A stretch of DNA of 63,653 bases, the filler included, from Octopus bimaculoides (taxonomy: Eukaryota): NCBI RefSeq assembly GCF_001194135.2. It is 7 parts of 7 records of this genome, joined end to end, with 100 filler letters (N's around TTAATTAATTAA, not from the genome) between each part and the next. Parts side by side here need not be neighbours in the genome. Positions count along the whole stretch, not along the records: positions 29,479 to 42,003 come from NC_069008.1; positions 42,104 to 52,718 come from NC_069002.1; 5 more parts are not named here. One strand, written 5' to 3'. Both the position numbers and the translations under genes were made by a program. The notes under the pieces were generated by a model. That model did no database searches. It was not told where the DNA came from and saw nothing but the letters and a program-made list of their open reading frames with translations. Positions 37,401-48,279 of the stretch are shown piece after piece (the first letter of the stretch is position 1; each line of letters starts with the position of its first letter).

Positions 37401-40400
37401 AAGAACGAACGTAGGAACGAACGAATGAACGTAGGAAGGAAAGAACGAACGTAGGAAGGAAAGAAAAACGTAGGAAGGAACGTAGAAACGAACGAACGAA
37501 CGAACGTAGGAAGCAAAGAGCGAACGTAAGAAGGAAAGAACGAACGTAGGAAGTAAAGAACGAACGTAGGAACGAAAGAACGAAAGTAGGAACGAACGAA
37601 CGAACGAACGTAGGAAGGAAAGAACGAACGTAGTAAGTAAAGAAAGAACGTAGGAAGGAACGTATAAACAAACGATCGGACGTAGGAAGGAAAGAACGAA
37701 CGTAGGAAGGAAAGAAAGAACGTAGGAAGGAAAGAACGATCGTAGGAACGAACGAATGAACGTAGGAAGGAACTTAGGAACCAACGAACGAACGTAGGAA
37801 GGAAAGAACGAACGTAGAAACGATCCAACGAACGTAGGAAGGAAACAACGAACGTAGGGAGGAAAGAACGAACGTAGGAACGAACGAACGAACGAACGTA
37901 GGAAGGAAAGAACGAACGTAGGAAGGAAAGAACGAACGTAGGAATGAAAGAACGAACGTAGGAAGGAAAGAACAAACGTTTGAAGGAAAGAACGAACGTA
38001 GGAAGGAAAGAACGAACGTAGGAAGGAATGAACGAACGTAGGATAGAAATGAAACGAACGTAGGAAGGAAAGAACGAACGTAGGAACGAACGACCGACCG
38101 AACGTAGGAAAGAAAGAACGAACGTAGGAACGAACGAACGAACGTAGGAAGGAAAGAACAACGTCGGAAGGAACGTAGGAACGAACGAACAGACGTAGTA
38201 AGGAAAGAACGAACATAGGAAGGAAAGAACGAACGTAGGAAGGAAAGAACGAACGTAGGAACGAACGAATGAACGTACGAAGGAAAGAACGAACGTAGGA
38301 AGGAAGGAAATAACGAAAGTAGGAAGGAAAGAAAGAAAATAGGAAGGAAAGAACGAACGTAGGAACGAACGAATGAACGTAGGAAGGAAAGAACGAATGT
38401 AGGAAAGCAAGAACGAACGTAGGAACGAACGAACGAACGTAGGAAGGAAAGAATGAACGTAGGAAGGAAAGAACGAACGTAGGAAGGAAAGAACGAACGT
38501 AGGAATGAACGTAGGAAGGAAAGAACGATCGTAGGAAGGAAAGAACAACGTAGGAAGGAACGTAGGAACGAACGAACGAACGTGGGACGGGAAGATCGAA
38601 TGTCGGAAGGAAGGAACAAACGTTGGAACGAAAGAATGAACGTAGGAAGGAAAGATCGAACGTAGGAAGGAAAAGAACGAACGTAGGAAGGAAAAGAACG
38701 AACGTAGGAAGGAAAGAACGAACGTAGGAAGGAAAGGACGAAGGTAGGAACGAAAGAACGAACGTAGGACAGAAAGAACGAACGTAGGAAGGAAAGAACA
38801 ACGTAGGAAGGAATGTAGGAACGAACGAACGAACGTAGGAAGGAAAGAACGAACGTAGGAAGGAAAGAACGAACGTAGGAACGAACGAATGAACGTAGGA
38901 AGGAAAGAACGATCGTATGAAGGAAACAACAACGTAGGGAGGAACGTAGGAACGAACGAACAAACGTAGGACGGAAAGAGCGAACGTAGGAAGGAAAGAA
39001 CTAACGTAGGAACGATCGAACGTAGGAACGAACGAACGAACGAACGAACGTAGGAACCAACGAACAAACGAACGTAGGAACGAACGAACGAACGTAGGAA
39101 CGAACGAACGAATGTAGGAAGGAAAGAACGAACGTAGGAACGATCGAACGTAGGAACGAACGCTGGAACGAACGAACGAAAGTACGAACGAACGAACGAA
39201 CGTAGAAACGAACGAATGAACGTAGGAACGAGCGAACGAACGAACGAACGTAGGAACGAACGAACGAACGAACGTAGAAAGGAAAGAACGAACGTAGTAA
39301 GGAAAGAATAACGTAGGAAGGAAAGAGCGAACGTAGGAATGAAAGAACGAACGTAGGAGCGAACGAACGTAAGAAGGAACGTAGAAACGAACAAACGAAC
39401 GTAGGAAGGAAAGAACAACGTAGGAAGGAACGGAGGGACGAACGAACGAACGTAGGAAGGATAGAGCGAACGTAGGAAGGAAAGAACGAACGTAGGAAGG
39501 AAAGAACGAACGTAGGAACGAACGAATGAACGTAGGAAGGAAAGAACGAACGTAGGAAGGAAAGAACGAACGTAGGAAGGAAAGAACGAACGTAGGAACG
39601 ATCAAATGAACGTAGGAATAAAAGAACGAACGTAGGAAGGAAAGAACGAAAGTCGGAACGAACGAACGAGCGTAGGAAGGAAAGAACGAACGTAGGAAGG
39701 AACGTATAAACAAACGATCGGACGTAGGAAGGAAAGACCGAACGTAGGAAGGAAAGAACGAACGTAGGAACGATCGAATGAACGTAGGTAGGAAAGAACG
39801 AACGTAGGAAGGAAAGAACGAACGTAAGAAGGAAAGAACGAACGTAGGAAGGATAGAACGAACGTAGCAACGAACGAACGANNNNNNNNNNAGAACGAAC
39901 GTAGGAAGGATAGAACGAACGTAGCAACGAACGAACGAACGTAGGAAGGAAAGAACGAACGTAGGAAGGTAAGAACGAACGTAGAAACGAACGAATGAAC
40001 GTAGGAAGGAAAGAGCGAACGGAAACAACTAACGTAGGAAGGAAAGAACAACGTCGGAAGGAACGTAGGAACGAACGAACAGACGTAGGAAGGAAAGAAC
40101 GAACGTGGGAAGGAAAGAACGAACGAATGAACGTAGGAAGGAACGTAGAGACGACCGAACGAACGTAGGAAGGAAAGAGCGAACGTAGGAAGGAAAGAAG
40201 GAACGTAGGAAGGAAAGAACGAACGAAGGAACGAACGAATGAACGTAGGAAGGAAAGAACGAACGTAGGAAGGAAAAAAAACGTAGGAAGGAACGTAGAA
40301 ACGAACGAACGAACGTAGGAAGCAAAGAGCGAACGTAAGAAGGAAAGAACGAACGTAGGAAGGAAAGAACGAACGTAGGAACGAAAGAACGAAAGTAGGA

Positions 40401-42003
40401 ACGAACGAACGAACGTAGGAAGGAAAGAACGAACGTAGTAAGGAAAGAAAGAACGTTGGAAGGAACGTATGAACAAACGATCGGACGTAGGAAGGAAAGA
40501 ACGAACGTAGGAAGGAAAGAACGAACGTAGGAAGGAAAGAACGATCGTAGGAACGAACGAATGAACGTAGGAAGGAAAGTACGAACGTAGGAAGGAAATA
40601 ACGAACGTAGGAAGGAAAGAACGAAAGTAGGAAGGAAAGAACGAATGAACGTAGGAAGGAAAGAACGAACGTAGGAAGGAAACAACGAAAGTAGGAAGGA
40701 AAGAACGAACATAGGAACGAACGAACGAACGCAGGAAGGAAAAAACAACGTAGGAACGAACGTAGGAACGAACGAACGAACGTAGAAAGGAAAGAGCGAA
40801 CGTAGGAAGGAAAGAACAAACGTAGGAAGCAAAGAACAACGTAGGAAGGAACCTAGGAACGAACGAACGAACGTAGGAAGGTGAAGAACGAAGGTAGGAA
40901 CGAAAGAACGAACGTAGGAAGGAAAGAACGAACGTAGAAAGGAAAGAACAAACGTAGGAACGAACGAACGAACGGAGGGAGGAAAGAACGAACGTAGGAA
41001 GGAAAGAACGAAAGTAGGCAGGAAAGAACGAATCTAGGAACGAACAAACGAACGTAGGAAGGAACTTAGGAACGAACGAACGAACGTAGGAAGGAAAGAA
41101 CGAACTTAGGAAGGAAAGAACGAAGGTAGGAACGAAAGAACGAACGTAGGAAGGAAAGAACGAACGTAGAAAGGAAAGAACGAACGTAGGAACGAACGAA
41201 CGAACGGAGGGAGGAAAGAACGAACGTAGGAAGGAAAGAACGAACGTAGGCAGAAAAGAACGAACGTAGGAACGAAGGAACGAACGTAGGAAGGAACCTA
41301 GGAACCAACGAACGAACGTAGGAAGGAAAGAAGGAAGGTAGGAAAGAAAGAACGAACATAGGAAGGAAAGACCGAACGTAGGAACGAACGAACGAAAGTA
41401 GGAAGGAAAGAACGAACGTAGGAAGGAAACAACGAACGTAGGAAGGAAAGAACGAACGTAGGAACGAACGAACGTAGGAAGGAAAGAACGAACGTAGGAA
41501 GGAAAGAACGAACGTAGGAATGATAGAACGAACTTAGGAAGGAAAGAACAAACGCTTGAAGGAAAGAACGAACGTAGGAAGGAAAGAACGAACGTAGGAA
41601 GGAAAAGAACGAACGTAGGAAGGAAAGAACGAACGTAGGATGGATAGAACGAACGAAGGAACGAACGACCGAAGGTAGGAAAGAAAGAACGAACGTAGGA
41701 ACGAAGGAACGAACGTAGGAAGGAAAGAACAACGTCGGAAGGAACGTAGGAACGAACGAACAGACGTAGGAAGGAAAGAACGAACGTTGGAAGGAAAGAA
41801 CGAACGGAGGAAGGAAAGAACGAACGTAGGAACGAACGAATGAACGTATGAAGGAAAGAAAGAACGTAGGAAGGAAAGAACGAACGTAGGAACGAACGTA
41901 CGAAGGAAAGAACGAACGTAGGAAGGAAGGAAAGAACGAAAGTAGGAAGGAAAGAACGAAAATAGGAAGGAAAGAACGAACGTAGGAACGAACGAATGAA
42001 CGT
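34498..42003. repeat. Complex satellite of at least 7.5 kb built from GAAC/GTAG/GAAG/GAAA tetramers; commonest unit GAACGAACGTAGGAAGGAAA (20 bp)
   Basis: Directly visible. Contains internal N gaps and runs into the spacer at 42004. Confidence 0.97.
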
Positions 42004-42103
42004 NNNNNNNNNNNNNNNNNNNNNNNNNNNNNNNNNNNNNNNNNNNNTTAATTAATTAANNNNNNNNNNNNNNNNNNNNNNNNNNNNNNNNNNNNNNNNN
42101 NNN
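42004..42103. other. Artificial contig-joining spacer
   Basis: N44-TTAATTAATTAA-N44. Confidence 0.95.
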
Positions 42104-42288
42104 AGATTATTTTTCCTTTTTTTTTTTTTAATTAGTTTTTGAGAGCGGTCGCGTTCATTTTTAGTATTCTCATTTGTAAGAGCAGTCGAGTCTATTTTAG
42201 ATATTTCTCATTTTAAAAATGATCTCCGGTTAATCACTGAGAGGACATTGGTGTTGCCTTGGCAGAGGTTTGTGCCCACCAAGTGCTC

Positions 42289-42325
<37 letters not shown>

Positions 42326-43063
42326 GGCAGCAAGCTGGCAGAATTAGTAACACACCAGCCAAAATGATTAGTGGTATTTTGACCATCTTATGGTCAAAAT
42401 AGTTATGATGAGAGTACCACTCATATTAATTAGCTCTTGGTGCATAAAAGCACTCTTGTTTATATTGCCAGCAGGGAGATAAGTCAGCTGACACAATAAA
42501 CACTGAGACCACCAGATCACATGATATTGCTCTTCCCTGGTTTTGTCAATGCTGGAGATAGCAACGATGTATCTGTTAGCGATATACAGAATCACAGAGC
42601 CAGAACGGGCGTCGGTGTCATGAATAGTGAGTGGGCTTGTTAAAGAAATTGTTTTCTAAAACAACACCTACTTTTAAGTGGGAACAAATATTAGCTTTTG
42701 GTATTAATACTGCTTCTGTTGCTAGTAATTATAGATATAAATGTTCTTGGGAGTGTACAAGAAAACACATTAATGATAGAAAAATAAGTTAAATATGTAG
42801 GAACTATATTTTCTTTCCTTTAAATAAAGACATGTCTGGTTTTCCAAAAGGAAACAATAGAATACTGCTTATCTCATATTTATTTTGTTGTTATTGTTGT
42901 CTAGTGCTGGGCAGTCGATCTTTGGCTCTTTTTTTTAACTATAATCATCATCATCATCATCATTTAACATCTGTTCTCCATGCTGGCATGGGTTAGAGGG
43001 TTTGATTGGGACTGGTGAGCCAGAGAGCTGCACCAGGCTCTAGTTTGTTTTGACGTAGTTTCT

Positions 43064-43462
43064 TATTTCTTTGTTGCCCACAAGGGGCTAAACAGAGAGG
43101 GGACAAACAAGGACAGACAAAGGGATTAAGTCAATTACATCGACCCCAGTGTGTAACTGGTACTTAATTTATTGACCCCGGATGGATGAAAGGCAAAGTC
43201 GACCTTGGCCCAATTTGAACTCAGAACGTAACGGCAGACNNNNNNNNNNAAGGGGCTAAACAGAGAGGGGACAAACAAGGACAGACAAAGGGATTAAGTC
43301 GATTACATCGACCCCAGTGTGTAACTGGTACTTAATTTATTGACCCCGGATGAATGAAAGGCAAAGTCGACCTTGGCGGAATTTGAACTCAGAACGTAAC
43401 GGCAGACGAAATACTGCTAAGCATTTTGCCCGGCATGCTAACGTTTCTGCCAGCTCACCGCC
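43064..43462 (-). mobile_element. SINE family C inserted into an RTE 3' UTR (about 42945-43620)
   Basis: Head aaggcggtgagctggcagaa, B box gagttcaaattcc. Flanks ttgacgtagtttct and ttgatgtggtttct (12/14) form a TSD. Confidence 0.85.
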
Positions 43463-43749
43463 TTGATGTGGTTTCTATTGGCTGGATGCTCATCCTAATG
43501 CCAACCACTCTACAGAGTGTACAGGGTGCTTTTTCATGTGACACCAGCCGCAACAACAATTTCACTTATCTTGACATGTCTTCTCAAGCACAGCCAATCG
43601 CCAAAGATTTCGATCACTTGTCACGATACAAAATTTCCTTGACATCAAATGTTTACCGATCATTTCATTCTTCCATACATTTCCAGGTGCCATTTGATGT
43701 CAGACTGTTTACAACTATAAATCATTTTCCATTTAACAGCTACACAAAG

Positions 43750-44070
43750 ATAACCCTTCAGTATTTGGCACTGTAAACAGCCTACTTAATCCTGGACTCA
43801 TATTTCAACTATGACTGGACACTTGTAAATTAATTCCTCACTCCAACAGACATGTCTCCTCACAGCTTTTTCTCCTACAGCTGGCTGGTCTAATTTATGC
43901 CATCTCCATAGAAGCACCTCCTACACGCTCGGCTTGCCTCTTCCTTGTCATTATATCTTAATGACCCCACTCCAAAGACTTGCACTAACCACTATACTCA
44001 ATCTTTCCTCCCCAGAACACTGGTCATCTGGAATTCCATTCCTGGCTATGTTTTGCAGGCAGTCATTGAC
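43750..44070 (+). pseudogene. CR1/Zenon-like LINE C-terminal fragment
   Basis: TNHYTQSFLPRTLVIWNSIP resembles the conserved SF.PRT..LWNSLP end motif. Confidence 0.55.
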
Positions 44071-44599
44071 GAGCAGTTCCTCAAGAATGACAAGGCTGCA
44101 AACGTCATGGGCACCGGCAGAGTCTGCAGTGGTCATGATTAAAATTTTCTCCTGCTTTGACTAAACCACAAAAAATAAAACAGAACACAAAGAACACAGA
44201 AATTTCCTTCTCAACAGAAATATTTATCTTAAGAATCCTTATGTGTTAAAAACCAATTTTATCTGTAAAGAAGACAGGTGTATGAATATGGACGGCAGCT
44301 GTTTGGGATCCAATTAATAAGCTACATCAGGTCAGTGGGCCTTCTAAGGGATTCTGTTGGATAAGGTCAGGAAAAGCTGCGAGAAGATGCAGTCGGCTTT
44401 AGAATAATGTGGCAAGTTGTAGGAAGTGATAACAAACTAAAAAGAAGGCTGAGACAGGCTGAGAGAAGACAATGACAAACTATGGAAGGCACAACCAGTT
44501 ACTAAGACAAATGACAAGCTATACAAGGATGCAGCAAAATATGGAAGGACATAACAAGCCACAGAAGAATGTGACATGCTTTGGAAGAATGCAATATAC

Positions 44600-45144
44600 C
44601 AGTGGTTCCCAAACTTTTTAGAGACGCGACCCACTATCTATGACACCAGTTTATAGCGACCCACTTAACTCTACTAGGTTAAAAACATTAATGAAAGAAA
44701 CAAATTTATTTCAGATTACATTTTCATTGAGGCCTGTGAGAAGGATGAGCCTGTTTCTTGCTACGCTCAATAATAGAATTAACATCAGGTTCAATGCGTG
44801 ATAGTTTCAGCCGTAAAGAATTTGAGAGCTGCAGTTTATTTCGAAATTTGCTTTTAATCCCAACCATTGCTGAAAATCCAGCTTCACAATTATAAGATGA
44901 CGCGAATGGGAGAAGTACTTTTAATGCTTCGGTGGAAATGATTGGGTACGGGGTTTGAAGAGACGTCCAGAACTGTACCAATTTTCGGGTGTTAAAGGTC
45001 ATTTTCAAGGAAGAGTCTTCGGATAAATCAATAAGTTCCTCATCAGCTTTTGTTGAAATGCGTAATTTTATAACTTTTTGCGACCCACTAGGATTCCATT
45101 CGCGACCCACTGATGGGTCGCGACTCATAGTTTGGAAACCACTG
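44600..45144 (-). mobile_element. Non-autonomous hAT (Charlie/Buster-type) deletion derivative, 545 bp
   Basis: TIRs CAGTGGTTCCCAAACT and (reverse complement) CAGTGGTTTCCAAACT match at 15/16. Repeated subterminal GCGACCCACT and palindrome TCGCGACCCA-ctga-TGGGTCGCGA. Flanks caatatac/ctttagac (5/8). Confidence 0.9.
44724..45128 (-). pseudogene. Stop-free 134-codon ORF encoding only the hAT C-terminal dimerization domain
   Basis: EELIDLSEDSSLK...FW.SL...YP.IS..ALKVLLPFASSYNCEAGFSAMVGIKSKFRNKL...LRLKLS...KQAHPSH. Confidence 0.8.
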
Positions 45145-45889
45145 CTTTAGACAATAGAAGAATGCTACAGAAAATGGAAGAACAACAGATGATGTGAAAG
45201 AATGGGACATGACCTGGAAAAATGCAACATGCGGTGGGAGACAAGGAGCTCTGGGAGACAAAAAAGATGTGGAAGAGTTAAGAAACTACAATCTTTAAAT
45301 TATTTTCAAGTTTCAATGAAACAATATTTTCTCTATTTATCTACTGCTATGTGATAAAAGAAGTATCTGTCATTGCTGTGTGATGCAATGTGTGATAAAA
45401 GAAATTATAAATCCACACAGCTATCAGTAACTAAACTCAATGTACTTCATTCCACAACCATCTCATACACATCTACATACACACACGCAGATATTTCAAA
45501 AGTAAACTGATAACCTTCTTTTTTACAATTTTATTTGTGCAGACACTGTTTGTTAGTACAATGCTCAAACAGGTCAGATCATTAAAAACTGTCTCAAAGC
45601 GTGTCCTTCTAAATACTAGATTAACTATTTAAATGCATCGAATGATGCATTTGCATCTAGAAATGAAATAACTTTCAAAGATGATGGTGTCTATTTATTT
45701 GTGAGATGTGTATGCGTGTGCTTTATTTACGGATTAAAGCAAGGCAACCAACGGTTTCATGTGGCAGAGATCTCCACAATTTTCAAGCAATCCTCTTGGA
45801 AGTGATAGTTATCTCCATTTAAATAAAGAATATTTATCCAAAATGTAGTGTTGAGCACTTATTTTCACTGTTTGATACAAGCATATATA

Positions 45890-46735
45890 TATGATGCTTT
45901 TTATGTGCCACCGGCATGGAAGCCAGTCATGGCAGCACTGGCATTGACCACGTTCAGATTGTGCTTTTAATGTGCCACCAGCACAGGGACCACATCTACA
46001 ATTTCCATTTGATTGTGATTTGATTTGATTTTGATTTTGATGTACTTGACTCAACAGGTCTCCTCAAATACAGTATGTCGCCCTCCAATCCATGGTACTT
46101 TTTGAGTGGACTGGTTATGCAACACTGGTGTTGGTTACAGCTGTGAACTCACTTTATTTGCTGGGTCTTCTCAGTCACAGCATATCTCCAGAGGTCTCTG
46201 TCTTTCATAATTTCCTCTGAGAGGCCCAACGTTCGAAGGTCATGCTTCACCACCTCATCCCATGTCTTCCTGGGTCTACCTCTACCCCAGATTCCTTCAA
46301 CTGTTTGGGAGTGGCATTTCTTCACACAGCTCTCCTCATCCATCCGTAGTACATAACCATACCAACACAAACGTCTCCCTTGCACACCACATCTGATGCT
46401 TCTTATGTCCAACTTTTCTCTCAGGATGCTCACACTCTGTCGCGTATGCCACTGACATTACACATCCAGCGGATCATACTAGCTTCATTTCTTTCGAGTC
46501 TACGCATGTCTTCAACAGTCACGGCCCATGTTTCAATGCTGTGAAGCATGGCAGTTCGCACACATACATTGTACAATCTACCTTTCATCCTGAGTGAGAG
46601 GCCCTTTGTTGCCAGTAGGGGTAGAAGCTTTCTGAACTTTGCCCAGGATATTCTTATTCTGAGCATGCACCCCCACTACAGACGTGGTCACCTAGGTAGC
46701 GGAAGCTGTCAACTACTAGTTCCCCCCTCCCCCGG
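45890..46735 (-). mobile_element. RTE LINE 3' fragment (ORF end plus 3' UTR)
   Basis: VVDSFRYLGD, RISWAKFRKLLPLL, AMLHSIETWA, RRLCWYGYVLRM and GRGRPRKTWDEVVKHDL. Confidence 0.88.
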
Positions 46736-47636
46736 CATGTGATGGAATCATGTATGTATATAGTGAAGTATGAGAGAATTAGGAGGGGGCTTAGAAAGGG
46801 GTGCCTGTGGAAAATGAAAGAGTGTTACTTTTTATGTGTGTGGTTTGTGGGCGGAGGTGTTTGAGTCGTGCAGGCCTNNNNNNNNNNNNNNNNNNNNNNN
46901 NNNNNNNNNNNNNNNNNNNNNNNNNNNNNNNNNNNNNNNNNNNNNNNNNNNNNNNNNNNNNNNNNNNNNNNNNNNNNNNNNNNNNNNNNNNNNNNNNNNN
47001 NNNNNNNNNNNNNNNNNNNNNNNNNNNNNNNNNNNNNNNNNNNNNNNNNNNNNNNNNNNNNNNNNNNNNNNNNNNNNNNNNNNNNNNNNNNNNNNNNNNN
47101 NNNNNNNNNNNNNNNNNNNNNNNNNNNNNNNNNNNNNNNNNNNNNNNNNNNNNNNNNNNNNNNNNNNNNNNNNNNNNNNNNNNNNNNNNNNNNNNNNNNN
47201 NNNNNNNNNNNNNNNNNNNNNNNNNNNNNNNNNNNNNNNNNNNNNNNNNNNNNNNNNNNNNNNNNNNNNNNNNNNNNNNNNNNNNNNNNNNNNNNNNNNN
47301 NNNNNNNNNNNNNNNNNNNNNNNNNNNNNNNNNNNNNNNNNNNNNNNNNNNNNNNNNNNNNNNNNNNNNNNNNNNNNNNNNNNNNNNNNNNNNNNNNNNN
47401 NNNNNNNTATGTGTGTGTGTGTGTGTATACATGTGTATATATATATATATATTTATTTATACACATTTGTTTTTATATATATATATATACGTTTATATAT
47501 ATATATCTATATAAACGTACACATATATATACGTTTATATATGTATATATGTATACGTATGTGTGTGTGTGTGTGTGTATATAAAATATATATATACACA
47601 TATATACACACACACACACATATATATGTATATTTA

Positions 47637-47915
47637 TACCTTTTACGTGTTTCAGGTATCTGACTGTCGCTATGCTGGGGCACCACCTTGATGGGTTTTA
47701 CTCGAACAAATTGACCTCGAGCCTTTTTTTTAAAGCCTAGTACTTATTCTATCAGTCTCATTTGCCGAACTACTAGGTTACGGGAATGTAAACATACCAA
47801 CACTGGTTGTCAAGCAGTGGTGGGGGACAAACACAGACACAAAGAGACACACACACATATACATAAATACACACACAAGCTTCTTTCAGTTTCCATCTAC
47901 CAAATTCACTCACAT
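47637..47915 (-). mobile_element. SINE family B variant, 3' two-thirds
   Basis: aagcctagtacttattctatcagtctc...gggggacaaacacagacac...ctaccaaattcactcaca. Confidence 0.75.
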
Positions 47916-48279
47916 ATTATCGAGTGAGACCGAGGTCTTATGGACTTCCTTGAAAACAAAAAAAAAAAGCACAAGAAAACAACAGAGGACAAGCAACGCG
48001 ATCCATTTTATACATGAAAATAACTATTTCTAAATGTAAATGGTAAAATATAGATACGTAAAAAGATAAAACCATTTCAAGAGGAACGAGTTAGGGAATT
48101 AATAAGAATCATATATTAAGAGTATGTTCTTACCACAAAAGACGTTGACTACTGTGTGAAGGGTGGTGGTAGAATAAGTGTTACTAGGAGGATGAATGAC
48201 AAAACCTGCTATCTAATAGTTCACTACCACAAACATCAGCTTCGAGAACTTAATCAAAGTGGTTTGTTGTTTACGATAC

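Noticed and set aside
34417-41732. Minus-strand ORFs of up to 1860 aa (SFLRSFFPSYVR repeats)
   Set aside because: They are a direct consequence of a satellite whose minus strand lacks stop codons. All three frames are open, they cross N gaps, and there is no domain content.
43082-43407. Apparent tandem duplication within SINE C
   Set aside because: The two copies flank a 10-N gap (43240-43249), typical of unmerged overlapping contig ends. Similar cases are at 39882, 60494 and 62479.
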